DNA from: Polyangiaceae bacterium
GTDB taxonomy: Bacteria > Myxococcota_A > Polyangia > Polyangiales > Polyangiaceae
Direction: 5' to 3'
Length of the DNA stretch: 64,000 nucleotides
NCBI GenBank assembly: GCA_965222375.1
Contig: CBDCTZ010000008.1
Location: 320,001 to 384,000, forward strand
Under the pieces are notes generated by a model. The model did not search any database. It had not been told where the DNA came from and saw nothing but the letters and a program-made list of their open reading frames with translations. How positions within the stretch are numbered: the stretch's first letter is position 1; each line of letters opens with the position of its first letter. Shown here piece by piece: positions 1 to 10,082 of the stretch. A program made the translations under genes and the position numbers.

Positions 1-1133
1 TCGTCGATGCCCAAGGTCGCTCGAGTCTGTCCACCAGGCCGTGGAGGCGGCGGCCGCTTGGCCGCGGGTCGAGGCGGCGGCATTCGCGCGTTCGCTGGAA
101 TTGCCGCTTCAATCACCTCTTCTCTGGGCACGCTGCCGGCTTCCCGCCGTGCGTCCCGCGAGCGGGTGTCTCGCATTCCGAGGGCGCCTGTGAGTTCCTC
201 CCAGAACAACCCTACGTCCCGCTGCCTCTCCCGTGGGTCGACGGATAGCGCACGTACAAACACCCGCTCCACGCTGGGGTCGAGCTGCACTCCCAGCGAC
301 TTGGGAGTCGGGCGAACGGTCTTGTCCAGGGCCGCCGCCATCATTTGATTAGCATCGCCGTCCAACGCCGGTTTGCCCGAGAGGGCCTCGGTCATCGTCA
401 GCGCCAAGCCCCAGACGTCAGTCCACGGACCAACCGCTCCGAACTGTTCGGGCCGCCATTGCTCCGGAGCGGCAAATGCCGGCGTAAACCAAGCGCCTCC
501 CTTCCTACCCGTGGCGCGGCCAGCAACCTGGCTCGCAACGGACTGGGCCTTGGCGACACCGAAGTCCAAGACCTTAACCACCTCGTCGCCGCTGACCTTG
601 GCGATGAAGATGTTTTCCGGCTTGATGTCACAGTGGACAACGGAAACCGAACCGGCCCGACCGTGGAAGTTGTGCGCGCGCGCCAGGGCGTCCGCAGCTG
701 GCGCCAGCAGGCGCACCAGCTTTCGGACCGGAAAAGACGCGCGACCGTGACTGCCACGGCGTTCGAGCAATTCACTCAAAGTCTCGCCCTGAAGCCACTC
801 GAGGACCATGTAGGGCACAAACGTGCCGTCAGACGTGGTCAGAGCGTCGATGTGCAGCGGCCGCACCACCGTGGAGATGCTTGCCGACAGTTCGAACAGT
901 AGCTCCCCCTCAGCGCGGAACTGCCCGAGGAACGCCGTCTGCCGCTCTGCGGAAAGCTTCTCAGGCAGCTTCAGGCATTTGAGGGCAACCGGCGCCTTGA
1001 AGCCTTGGTGCTCCGCTCGGTACACCACCGAGAAGCCACCTTCCGCAACGACCGCCTCGACTCGATAGGCACCCGCGATGATGTTACCGACGATGCCGAA
1101 GACGTCCGCGACCATGGGGGGCATTGCTACCAT
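1..1133 (-). CDS. Ser/Thr protein kinase (Hanks type), C-terminus runs off the window
   Basis: Manual minus-strand translation (absent from the ORF track): AEGGFSVVY, VALK, VHCDIKPEN, LDFGVAK, APEQ, TDVWGL, then a Pro-rich tail. In-frame ATGs at 1133, 1124 and 1115; start uncertain. Confidence 0.9.
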   Translation of the reverse strand, partial: MVAMPPMVADVFGIVGNIIAGAYRVEAVVAEGGFSVVYRAEHQGFKAPVALKCLKLPEKLSAERQTAFLGQFRAEGELLFELSASISTVVRPLHIDALTTSDGTFVPYMVLEWLQGETLSELLERRGSHGRASFPVRKLVRLLAPAADALARAHNFHGRAGSVSVVHCDIKPENIFIAKVSGDEVVKVLDFGVAKAQSVASQVAGRATGRKGGAWFTPAFAAPEQWRPEQFGAVGPWTDVWGLALTMTEALSGKPALDGDANQMMAAALDKTVRPTPKSLGVQLDPSVERVFVRALSVDPRERQRDVGLFWEELTGALGMRDTRSRDARREAGSVPREEVIEAAIPANARMPPPRPAAKRPPPPRPGGQTRATLGID

Positions 1134-1213
1134 ACCCGTGTTCGACGACGGACGCGCGCCCGAAAACACGCCCTTGGCCACAAATCGGCCTGCGGCGCGT
1201 GGTCGTGGCTTTC

Positions 1214-2698
1214 CTACTGAACCTGGGAGATCCCGATTTGACGGCGCAATCGTTGGTAGCGCTCACCGCAGGCGAATACGATCAGGTCCTTGAACATGGG
1301 CCCGGATTCACCCTCTTCGGCCCGCAGGATGTCTCGGGCGGTGCATAGATCGTTGGAGAGCAACAGGCCAGCACGGCAAGCGGTTTTGTCCACGGATTCG
1401 CTCCACCGCAGCAGATTGGTCCGGCCCCCGTCTTCAACGAAGCGTAGGAAGTACCCGCGCAACGCGTCGGTCTGTTGGGGCTCGAGCACCGGCTCGATGG
1501 CCTTCGCGATGGGAGCCACGCGTCGCTTCATGTCCTCGGCGATCGGCAGGCTCGGGCTTCCGACGGTCAGGGCAGCCAGAAACAGATCCTCCAGGTCCGG
1601 CACCGCAGAGAACAGCGTTTTGACGAAATGCTCGGCTCGGTAGAGGGTCAGGTGGCGCCCCACGAGGAATGCGTGCTCGAGCTGGCTACGACCGCTGAGC
1701 ACCTGATTGCCGATCACTGTGACCGGTGGCACCGCCGGGATGTGCTCGTAGCCAACAGCGCGGTCCTTCTCCAAGTAAATGGGCGGCACCGGTAGGCCGA
1801 GAAACGCCGCACCCCAGGGCACTGCGCGCACAGCTGTTACTGTCGCCGACGCGGCGTCTTGCTTTGAGTCGGGTGAAGCTCGGTGCAGTTTCCCGTCTCG
1901 GCGCAAGGCGGTGACCCGGCCTAGCAAGACGGCAGGGACGATGACCGCGAAGATCTGGCCCGTCACGAGTTCCTGCTGTGGGTGGGCGAGTAACTCGAAC
2001 CACGCGGACTGAGTCACGCTGGTTTTTGGTGCGATCAACGTGTGGCTCCGGCTCGCTTCGAAGAATTTGGTCTCTTCGGCAGTGGCCTGACCTACGGCGA
2101 CCAGCGCTTGAGCGACGCACCAGGCTGCATCCGAATCACCTCGAGCGGTGTGAATCTTGTACAGATCGCGCAGCGCTTCCGGGTGCGTCGGGTCCCGACG
2201 GATCCTGCGCCACGCCTGCTCGGGATCCTCTTTCGCAACCTCGACTTCTGTCTCCATCTCGGTCAGATCGACTTCGACATTGACGTGCGCTTGAGCACGG
2301 CGAAGCTCCTCCTCCAGCTCCACGACGCGTGCTTCGAGATGCTCGATCCGCTTCAGCAGCAGCGTGCGCCCTGGATCTCCCGACGCCTCTACCTGCAACG
2401 GCGCGAGGGACTGGGCGGGTTCTTCGAACCGCTCGACGATGCGAACGCGGTGCCGCGTTTCGTAAGCCGCGACCATGGCCTGTTCGAGGCCCAAGAGCCG
2501 GCTCCGGTCCAGACCGAGGTTGTCCGCGGCTCGCTCGAGGCGTGCGCGCTCATCGGATGTTATGACACCGTCTTCCAGCGCCTCGGCGAAGAGTTCTTCG
2601 TATTGCTGCTCGAGAGGCCCCAACCCCAAGCCACCGCTAACCTCACCAGCAACAAAGCCGGTACCATGCTGAAACTCGCTCTGATTGGGATCCGTCAT
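1214..2698 (-). CDS. Hypothetical protein: TerB-like N-terminal motif, coiled coil, TPR-like helices, myxobacterial C-terminal domain resembling a degenerate M48 peptidase
   Basis: 494-aa ORF; DGVITSDERARL; AFLVGRHL and ACRAGLLL motifs. Confidence 0.7.
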   Translation of the reverse strand: MTDPNQSEFQHGTGFVAGEVSGGLGLGPLEQQYEELFAEALEDGVITSDERARLERAADNLGLDRSRLLGLEQAMVAAYETRHRVRIVERFEEPAQSLAPLQVEASGDPGRTLLLKRIEHLEARVVELEEELRRAQAHVNVEVDLTEMETEVEVAKEDPEQAWRRIRRDPTHPEALRDLYKIHTARGDSDAAWCVAQALVAVGQATAEETKFFEASRSHTLIAPKTSVTQSAWFELLAHPQQELVTGQIFAVIVPAVLLGRVTALRRDGKLHRASPDSKQDAASATVTAVRAVPWGAAFLGLPVPPIYLEKDRAVGYEHIPAVPPVTVIGNQVLSGRSQLEHAFLVGRHLTLYRAEHFVKTLFSAVPDLEDLFLAALTVGSPSLPIAEDMKRRVAPIAKAIEPVLEPQQTDALRGYFLRFVEDGGRTNLLRWSESVDKTACRAGLLLSNDLCTARDILRAEEGESGPMFKDLIVFACGERYQRLRRQIGISQVQ

Positions 2699-2823
2699 CC
2701 TACATTGTCCTCCCTCGTGCGACCTTTCTTGGACTTTCCCTCAGAACCACCCTTGCGTTCAAGACAGGTGAAAGCCCGGCCGACGTGGTACGCTCTCAGC
2801 CAGCTTTGAGAAGGAGTCAGCTC

Positions 2824-4095
2824 ATGCTTCGTCGATGGACTGCGCTGTTCGCCAGCGTGGGTCTCATGCTGGGATTTTCCGCCTGTAGCAGTGATGATAG
2901 CGGTGGTGGCGGTGGCGGCATTGGCGCCACCGGAGCGGCGGCGGGTAGCGCTGGCGCCGGCGCCGGCGGCGGCGGGGCCGGCAAAGGCGGTCAAGGAACC
3001 GGAGGGGGCATCGTCTTCGATTCCGGGACCGGTGGCGGCAATGTCGATGGGGGTTGCACGTCCTCCACGGCGGTGGGCGAATTGAAACCGGCCAATCTCC
3101 TGTTCGTCATCGACCGGAGCGGCAGCATGAACTGCAACCTTCCGAGCGATGGGCAGACCTCTGCCGAATGCGAGGCGTCGCCAGTCCCGAAGTTCGCGGG
3201 CAAGCCAACCAAATGGGAACTAACCCGCGATGCGCTAAAGCTGGCGATCGACGACTTGGAGCTAACGGGCAACGTCAGCGCGGGCATGGTGGCCTTCCCC
3301 AAGGACACGACGGACTGCGACGTCGAAACCACACCGAATGTCTTGGTGCAAAGCCTCGACGCAACCCAGAATACCGCCCTCGACGGGTTTCTGGATTTCA
3401 TCAAGCCGAAGGGCTCGACCCCCATGGCTGGTGCGACGATTCTCTCCTACGGCTACTTGTTGGCGCAACTGAAGGCCGGGAAGCTACCCGGCAATACCTT
3501 CATCGTGTTGCTCACCGACGGCTTCGAGACTTGCAAGGCGACCGAAATCACCAAGCTGCTCAGTACGGACGTTCCGACCGCGTTCAACGCTCTGGGGATC
3601 CGCACGTTCGTCATCGGCGCTCCAGGCAGCGAAAACGCCCGGGCGTTGCTCTCCCACGTGGCCACCGCAGGTGGAACCGCGAAAACTGGCTGCACGCTGC
3701 CGACCGCGCCAGCCGACTGGAGTCAGTGCAATTCCACCACCCCCCCTGCATCCTGCCCGCAGGGAGACTGTCATTTCGACATGACCACGAGCACGAACTT
3801 CAGCCAGGATCTCAAGGCTGCCCTCGACACGATTAGCGGCAACGTTCTGAGTTGCGAGCTCGACGTGCCCGCGCCACCCGTAGGCAAGAAGATCGACTTC
3901 GATCAGGTCGGTGTTCGGCTCAACGGTAGTGACGTCAAGCGAGACGACTCGGCCCCCTGCGGCTCTGGCGCCAATGGCTGGCAGCTGACCCCCGACAACA
4001 AGAAGATCTTGCTGTGTGGCACCGCCTGCGACGACGCCAAGAAACCCAATTCGAAACTCGAGGTCGTCCTCGGCTGCCTCGTCGACGTGCGCTGA
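2824..4095 (+). CDS. vWA-domain lipoprotein with Gly-rich linker and Cys-rich C-terminus
   Basis: AAGGAG before ATG 2824; lipobox FSAC; MIDAS motif DRSGS and VLLTDG. Confidence 0.85.
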   Translation: MLRRWTALFASVGLMLGFSACSSDDSGGGGGGIGATGAAAGSAGAGAGGGGAGKGGQGTGGGIVFDSGTGGGNVDGGCTSSTAVGELKPANLLFVIDRSGSMNCNLPSDGQTSAECEASPVPKFAGKPTKWELTRDALKLAIDDLELTGNVSAGMVAFPKDTTDCDVETTPNVLVQSLDATQNTALDGFLDFIKPKGSTPMAGATILSYGYLLAQLKAGKLPGNTFIVLLTDGFETCKATEITKLLSTDVPTAFNALGIRTFVIGAPGSENARALLSHVATAGGTAKTGCTLPTAPADWSQCNSTTPPASCPQGDCHFDMTTSTNFSQDLKAALDTISGNVLSCELDVPAPPVGKKIDFDQVGVRLNGSDVKRDDSAPCGSGANGWQLTPDNKKILLCGTACDDAKKPNSKLEVVLGCLVDVR

Positions 4096-5276
4096 AACCC
4101 GCCGCGCTCCTGATTTGCGTTGGCTGCGCCGTGGCGGCAATGCGCTGTGCGGCGGCGCCCGCGGGGCCGTCCGCGGACACCGCCAAGCCAGCCGCGCCCA
4201 CGCCCACGCCACCAACGCGCGTCCTAGTACCGGTATCTACCGTGGACGCCGCCCCCCCCAGGGACGCCACCCTCGACGCGACTCCCCCGGATGCAGCGAC
4301 GGAAGCGTCGAGCGCTCCGCCTCCCATCGATCGCATCGTTGTCGAGGCGCCGCACCGATTGTATGAACGCCCACGTCCGCGAGGTCAGGTGGCTGCGGCG
4401 GGTGCTGACGAGACCCTGGCCCGCTGGAACGTCGGAGGGACGGGCGACCCCGACTTCAAATCCAATCGACGGGGCTACCACCCTGGCGCTCGAGTACGCG
4501 TCGACACGCAGCTGCTCCGCGGCCGTATGCCCAAGCGCCTACGGCGCAACCGGCGGACGGGTCGGTACCCGAAAGTCCTGAGCCACCGGAGCCTACTTGC
4601 GCGATCGCGCAAGTACGGCTACTGGCCGTTCCGGCTGTGTTTCGAAGACGGGCTTCGAGAAAACCAGCGACTCAAAGGCAAGACGGTGCTGCGTCTGGTC
4701 ATCAACGGCCGCGGTCGAGTGTCGTCTGCGCGACTGTCTTCCAGCAAACTCAAGGACACCGTCGTCGTGGAGTGCCTCCGAGACCGCGCCCGCGCCCTCA
4801 CCTATCCGCCACCACCACGCGGGCGCAGTGTCGTGGTGCGACTCACAGTGGCGTTGTGGCCCGGGGACGCGCCGGTTCTGCGGGTTGGTCCTCCCCGGGG
4901 GGAGTCCTTCGACAACCCGGGCAAGATCGACGAGACCGCGCTCGAGAAGTCTTTGGCGACCCTCGTGCCACAAGTCGCTGACTGCTACGCGCAAGGTCTT
5001 GCTCGCGACTCCGGTCTGTGGGGTCGCATCGCGCTGCGGCTAGATGTGTCGGAGCGGGGCAAGCTGGGTCGTGTCAAAGAGTACGAGAGCCGCTTCCCGG
5101 ACCGCAGCGTCTCGCGCTGCGTACGGAAACTCGCCGGGACAATGCGACTACCCGCCCCGGAAGGAGGCGCGGTGTCCGTAGTTGCCGCATTCCGACTCGG
5201 CCAGCCCCCAGAGCCCAAACCGGTGGAGGCGGACGCCGGTGGCACGAATGCAGACAAGGACGCCCGCGCGGACTGA
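4092..5276 (+). CDS. Exported protein with two AgmX/PglI-type (TonB_C-like) C-terminal domains
   Basis: Hydrophobic N-terminus and Pro-rich linker; two repeats of the pattern C(F/Y)xxGL...L.G...LRL...G...V..C. Start uncertain (4014-4140). Confidence 0.7.
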   Translation: MKPAALLICVGCAVAAMRCAAAPAGPSADTAKPAAPTPTPPTRVLVPVSTVDAAPPRDATLDATPPDAATEASSAPPPIDRIVVEAPHRLYERPRPRGQVAAAGADETLARWNVGGTGDPDFKSNRRGYHPGARVRVDTQLLRGRMPKRLRRNRRTGRYPKVLSHRSLLARSRKYGYWPFRLCFEDGLRENQRLKGKTVLRLVINGRGRVSSARLSSSKLKDTVVVECLRDRARALTYPPPPRGRSVVVRLTVALWPGDAPVLRVGPPRGESFDNPGKIDETALEKSLATLVPQVADCYAQGLARDSGLWGRIALRLDVSERGKLGRVKEYESRFPDRSVSRCVRKLAGTMRLPAPEGGAVSVVAAFRLGQPPEPKPVEADAGGTNADKDARAD

Positions 5277-5288
5277 GCTGCGCCTGCC

Positions 5289-6746
5289 TCACTCCTCGGA
5301 CTCGATGGCATGACGACGCTCCGCCGCACTGGTGCGGACGTCTCCCGAGAGGATCAGCATGACTCCGTGTGCGGTGTAGTCCACCGTCGTGACCCCCGCG
5401 GTTGGACCAAAAATGTCTTCTGTTGCCCGCCGCCCACTACCGTAGCGGTAAGCGACTCCGTAGGAGGTTTCCACGGCACCGGATTTCAGCCCGAAACCGA
5501 AGGTGAACGTCCACCAATCGATCAATGAATTCGGGATACCGTCCGTGCTCGACGTGGACACATCGCGATCCGACAGGAATCCAGCTCGAAGCGCTAGGTC
5601 TTCGGTCGCGAAATACTCCGCGCCCAGGGAGACGTTGACCACACCCCGGGTTCCAAACTCGTAGTTGAACCGGTCTCGAAGCTCGGCAACTGGAAAGCCG
5701 GTTTCCGTATCGATGTCGACGGTCTCCAATTGCCCCTTTTCGAAGCGGCTCCAGGCGGGCGAAAAATGCGCATCCAGGGCGACGGCCAGGCTCCGCGGGC
5801 GGTCGTAGGCAACGCCCAGTGACACCCTGGGTGGACGCGAGATATCAAACTCCTTGAACTCCCCCCGCGCGCTGGTGCGAGCCGCAATCTGCGCGCCCGT
5901 GCTTTGATCGAAGAACGTGCGATCCGTCGTTTCGACCAACGTCCCGCCGCCGAAGATGGGAAGCCCCGGAGATTCCAGCGCAACGCCTAGCCACAACTCG
6001 TCGAGCATGCGCAGCTGCGCCCCGGCCACCGCCGCCAGCCCCACGGAATAGGCATCGACTTGTACACGAGAGTTGAACGTCTGCGGGAACTCGTTCCCAC
6101 CCTGGATATCGCTGATCAAAGACAGCTCGTGGGAATCCTCGGTCAACACCGAATAGGAGCCCAGCGCACTGATCCCAACACGGAACCTCTCACCAAACTG
6201 GGCCGCATAGGAAGGGCCCGCCAAATACTGCTTGAGGGACTCGGTCACTATTGAATCCGCCGCAAGCCGGGCTTGGCTACCGCGTGCGCGAAAGGTTCCT
6301 ACGGATGTCGACGCGTTGTGAGTCACCGTGGACAGGCCGATCCCGACCGCATGCGAGACCTTCGCGCTCTCGCCCCCCAACTGCTTCACGTAGACTAGCG
6401 TGGACGGCGTGATGACCAGCTGATCGAGGTCGAAGCGTTCCTCTTCAACGCGGACATCATTTCCAAAGCTCGGGTCGAGACCATTGGGTCGGTAGAACTT
6501 GTCTACTTTGGCGCGGGAAAGGCTGTAGATGCTCGCGGAGATGGACAGAATGTCCGTCGGGATCCCCACGATTCCCGCGGGGTTCAAATAGGGCATCGCG
6601 CTGTCCGAGCCGGCAGCCACACCCGCGCCTCCCATCGTTGCGGTCCGACCGCCTAAAGGCACGTCGCGGAGGTTCTGTGCCTGCACCGGAGCCGTACAAA
6701 CCAGCACCACCAATGCGCCCACAATCCTATGCCAATGAACTGTCAC
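5289..6746 (-). CDS. Outer-membrane beta-barrel protein, FadL/OmpP1-like
   Basis: Signal peptide ending AQ; GGRTATMGGAGVA...YLNPAG N-terminal motif; amphipathic strands, LRAGF. Confidence 0.75.
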   Translation of the reverse strand: MTVHWHRIVGALVVLVCTAPVQAQNLRDVPLGGRTATMGGAGVAAGSDSAMPYLNPAGIVGIPTDILSISASIYSLSRAKVDKFYRPNGLDPSFGNDVRVEEERFDLDQLVITPSTLVYVKQLGGESAKVSHAVGIGLSTVTHNASTSVGTFRARGSQARLAADSIVTESLKQYLAGPSYAAQFGERFRVGISALGSYSVLTEDSHELSLISDIQGGNEFPQTFNSRVQVDAYSVGLAAVAGAQLRMLDELWLGVALESPGLPIFGGGTLVETTDRTFFDQSTGAQIAARTSARGEFKEFDISRPPRVSLGVAYDRPRSLAVALDAHFSPAWSRFEKGQLETVDIDTETGFPVAELRDRFNYEFGTRGVVNVSLGAEYFATEDLALRAGFLSDRDVSTSSTDGIPNSLIDWWTFTFGFGLKSGAVETSYGVAYRYGSGRRATEDIFGPTAGVTTVDYTAHGVMLILSGDVRTSAAERRHAIESEE

Positions 6747-6986
6747 GGAGCCTCGCTTGTCTCGAGCGGGGCCCCCAGTCCGAAGGATCGGTTCTTGCTC
6801 GATGGTCGTAAAACGACCCTCGTGTCCTTCCTGAGCATCCCTCCGCCCAGTCCCAGGGATACCACGCTTTGGGCTGCCCGAGCTTTGCGCGCTGATGCGA
6901 CTTCCCTAATCTGGAACTGTTCCAGCCAGTGTCGGCCTCGCACCTTGGTGTCCATGGCGGTGCATGGTTTGATGGATGAACACCTC

Positions 6987-7454
6987 GTGCGGTACATCCT
7001 GGTCGCTTTTGTCGTCATCCCGCTGGTGGAGCTCTACCTGCTGCTCTGGCTCGGCTCGCTGATCGGTTTTTGGCCAACGGTGGCGATCACCGTGGTCACG
7101 GGCGTGCTGGGCGGCAGCCTGGCGAAACGGGAGGGATTGCGGGTGTATCGGCAGTGGCGGGACGCCCTGGATGAAATGCGCGCTCCAGAAACTGGAATCG
7201 TCGAAGGAGTTCTGGTGCTGCTCGGCGGCGCGCTGCTGATCACACCAGGCGTGCTCACGGACATCACCGGCGTGTTGCTGCTCCTGCCGCCGACCCGACG
7301 CCCGATCGCCGCTCGGGTGCGCCGTGCCGTAGACGCGCGTCTGGCTACCGGCCAGCTCGTGGACCCAGGCCCGATCGACTTCCACGTGCCAGACCAGGAC
7401 CCGCGCCAAACAGGCGCCACCCCAATCGAAACGGAAGGCCGCGAAGTGGACTGA
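6987..7454 (+). CDS. fxsA: FxsA family membrane protein
   Basis: IPLVELYLL and GGALLITPGVLTD signatures; start may instead be 6954 or 6972. Confidence 0.9.
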   Translation: MRYILVAFVVIPLVELYLLLWLGSLIGFWPTVAITVVTGVLGGSLAKREGLRVYRQWRDALDEMRAPETGIVEGVLVLLGGALLITPGVLTDITGVLLLLPPTRRPIAARVRRAVDARLATGQLVDPGPIDFHVPDQDPRQTGATPIETEGREVD

Positions 7455-7516
7455 GGCGGCGGGGCCATGGCGGCCTCACCCGCCCGTGCCGCCTCGGATA
7501 AGAAAAGGCCGTTCAC

Positions 7517-7555
7517 AAAACGACGACGCCCGCGCGCGAATGCGAGCGGGCGTCG
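7517..7555 (-). terminator. Probable intrinsic terminator between convergent genes
   Basis: Stem CGACGCCCGC/GCGGGCGTCG, followed by TTTT on the minus strand. Confidence 0.55.
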
Positions 7556-7574
7556 ACGAGTTCGGCGACAGGAC

Positions 7575-8723
7575 TCAGTCGGAGCCGCTATCCGCCGGGG
7601 CGCCACCACTGGCTGCGCCGCCCGTACCCGAGTCGGTGCCACCAGCGCCGCCACCTCCGGTGCCTGCGTCGGTACCGCCCGAGCCACCGGTGCCGCCATC
7701 CGTGCAATTCGGAATGCCGGCGCTAGCATCGGCGCCCGTTGCGGGGGAACAGCTTCCCGCGCGCAGTGCGTTGGTGGAGACGTTCGAATCCGGTTCGCAG
7801 ATGTAGCCCGAAGGGCACTCCGCGTTGCAGTCGCACAAAGTCACGCACGCTCCGACGTCTCCGGTGGTCGCTGCGGAATCAAAGACCAGACCGCAGAGTG
7901 CGTCGCCCTTGTTACCTGGTCCAGCCCAGCCGCAGGAATTGGGCGCGTTGAGGATACAGAACTGACTGCAAAAGCGCTCCGTAGTACCGGTCACCCCTAC
8001 GCAGAAGCCCTTGCACTCGTCGGGCGTAGCGGTCTGGCAGCTCTGACCGAGGTCCTTGCCCGTGGCAGCAGTCGTCGTGCAGAGCCCTGTGCCCGGGTTG
8101 CAGGTGTGGCCAGCTGGGCAGTCGCTGTCGACTGCGCAGAGCGCGGAGCACGCGTTGAACGTCTCGTGACACATATTGTCGGTGGCACAAGCTTGGCCCG
8201 CCGGACAGGGCGTGTTCGCATCGCATGGCCCCAACCCAGCGCCACGGAGGAACCGGTTGCAGCCGACGTCGGTGCGACCTTGGCACTTGCCTGGACCAAA
8301 GGGCGCGCCAACGGTGCAGCCAGCCAAACAGAAGTTATCCGGGCCACACTCGCCATTGGGATCGAACGCCTTGCAGTCCGCCGCGGCAGTACAGGGCGCG
8401 CTGCAGTAGCCATGGGCCGGACCTTCGCCGTCCCAAGCCCCCGAGTCGGGTAGGATGCAGGTCAGGCCAGTCCCGCACTCGGCGTCGCCCACGCAGCCGC
8501 GCGCCAGAGCCGTAGTGGTGCCGCCGGTACCGCCGCCGCCGGTGTTGCCTACGCCGCCGCCACCAACGTTGCCGGTCGCGCCGAAGCCAGCGCTTCCGTC
8601 GACCTTGACGCCGCCGCTTCCGGAGCTGCCTCCCCCGCTGTCATCGCTGCTACAAGCAAAAGAGGTCCCGCCAAACGACGCTGCGAGCAGACCCAAACCC
8701 AACCACGGCAAAACTCTTTTCAT
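7575..8723 (-). CDS. Cys-rich secreted lipoprotein with Gly-rich N- and C-terminal segments
   Basis: GGAGG upstream of ATG 8723; signal ending SFAC-SSDD; repeated CxxxxxC modules. Confidence 0.8.
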   Translation of the reverse strand: MKRVLPWLGLGLLAASFGGTSFACSSDDSGGGSSGSGGVKVDGSAGFGATGNVGGGGVGNTGGGGTGGTTTALARGCVGDAECGTGLTCILPDSGAWDGEGPAHGYCSAPCTAAADCKAFDPNGECGPDNFCLAGCTVGAPFGPGKCQGRTDVGCNRFLRGAGLGPCDANTPCPAGQACATDNMCHETFNACSALCAVDSDCPAGHTCNPGTGLCTTTAATGKDLGQSCQTATPDECKGFCVGVTGTTERFCSQFCILNAPNSCGWAGPGNKGDALCGLVFDSAATTGDVGACVTLCDCNAECPSGYICEPDSNVSTNALRAGSCSPATGADASAGIPNCTDGGTGGSGGTDAGTGGGGAGGTDSGTGGAASGGAPADSGSD

Positions 8724-8948
8724 GATTCCCAAGCCTCCTACCAAACCAAGCTCAGCGGCGGGGCACTTAGCACGGCCCGCCGACCTCACCAAGCCTTACT
8801 TCCAGAAAGCCATCGCGCAACTCAGCTGTTGTGCGCAGCAAGACCCGTCTGTGGATAGACGCGAGGCAGCAGCGCAGGTTTCACATTATTTGCACCTGCG
8901 AGGTCCACCGATACGTAAATACCTGGAATCGTTATAGACTTCCCTACT

Positions 8949-10070
8949 GTGACGCGCACCGACACGGTTCCCATCACAGCGCTGCTCGCTCCGGACAAAC
9001 TGAAAGGCTGCTTGCGTGCGGTCGCTGCAGCGGAGTTCATGGCGCTCGGCGCGGACGCCGCCGGTCTCGTGAGCGTCAGCTGCCCTCTCGCCGACGGCGG
9101 GGACGGCACTTTGGAGGTGCTGTGCGACGCCGGGGGCGGGCATGTCGAGTGGGTCGAGACCACGGATGCCTTGGGGAGAATCATCGATGCACCGATGGGA
9201 ATTCTACCCGACGGAACTTCTATCTTGGAGGCCGCCAGCTGTCTTGGTCTGGCTCGACTCGGCACTGAACGGGATCCGCTGTCCGCCAGCAGCCACGGCC
9301 TCGGAAGCTTGCTGCTGCATGCGCTCAGGCGTGACCCGCCGGGCATTCTCGTGGCCCTCGGCGGCACGGCAACCATGGATGGTGGCGCCGGCATGCTCCG
9401 AGCGCTGGGCGCGAGGCTGACTGGGGCGCCGGACCGACCTCGGGGGCGCGATCTTGGATCCATTACGCATGCGGATCTGCGCGAGGTCATTGCGCGGCTG
9501 GCGCCTAGGCGACTCAGCGTTGCATGTGACGTGACCACGCCGTTGGGATCCGCAGCGTTGACCTACGCCCCTCAGAAGGGTGCAACGACAGAACAGGCCC
9601 AGAGACTTCAACGAGACCTCAACGGATTCGGGCAACTCTTGGGTGACGGAATCATGACACTGCCTGGAGGTGGCGCCGCAGGGGGGCTCGGCGCCGCGCT
9701 GCACGCCCTCGGAGGCCACTTGCACCGCGGTATCGATCTGGTGATGGATAGCGTGGGCTTCGAAGCCAAGCTCGAACAGGCCGACCTGGTGATCACGGCG
9801 GAAGGCTGCCTCGATGCCACTTCCCTGGAAGGAAAGGTGCTCTCCGGGATCGCAGAACGAGCCCAACGCATCGGCACGCCCGTGGTGTCCCTGGCGGGGC
9901 GCGTCGAAGTGTCGCAAGCCGTCCTGAAACGCAGGGGTGTGACGGCCGCCATTGCGATCCAGCCCGGGCCCGTTACCGAGGCGCAAAGCCGTGAGCACGC
10001 CGCCGATTGGCTGCGGAGTCACACCGCCGCAGTGTGCCGCTTGTTCGCCGCAGGCGCCGCAGGGCGCTAG
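8949..10070 (+). CDS. glxK: Glycerate kinase (GlxK/GarK family)
   Basis: APDKLKG, PLADGGDGT, LGGTATMDGG, GAAGGLG, EGCLDATSLEGK. Confidence 0.9.
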   Translation: MTRTDTVPITALLAPDKLKGCLRAVAAAEFMALGADAAGLVSVSCPLADGGDGTLEVLCDAGGGHVEWVETTDALGRIIDAPMGILPDGTSILEAASCLGLARLGTERDPLSASSHGLGSLLLHALRRDPPGILVALGGTATMDGGAGMLRALGARLTGAPDRPRGRDLGSITHADLREVIARLAPRRLSVACDVTTPLGSAALTYAPQKGATTEQAQRLQRDLNGFGQLLGDGIMTLPGGGAAGGLGAALHALGGHLHRGIDLVMDSVGFEAKLEQADLVITAEGCLDATSLEGKVLSGIAERAQRIGTPVVSLAGRVEVSQAVLKRRGVTAAIAIQPGPVTEAQSREHAADWLRSHTAAVCRLFAAGAAGR

Positions 10071-10082
10071 ACGGATTGGCCC

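Noticed and set aside
7524..7555. Similarity between the hairpins at 7524 and 36906 as a repeat family
   Set aside because: The shared core is short and GC-rich; ordinary terminators explain both.
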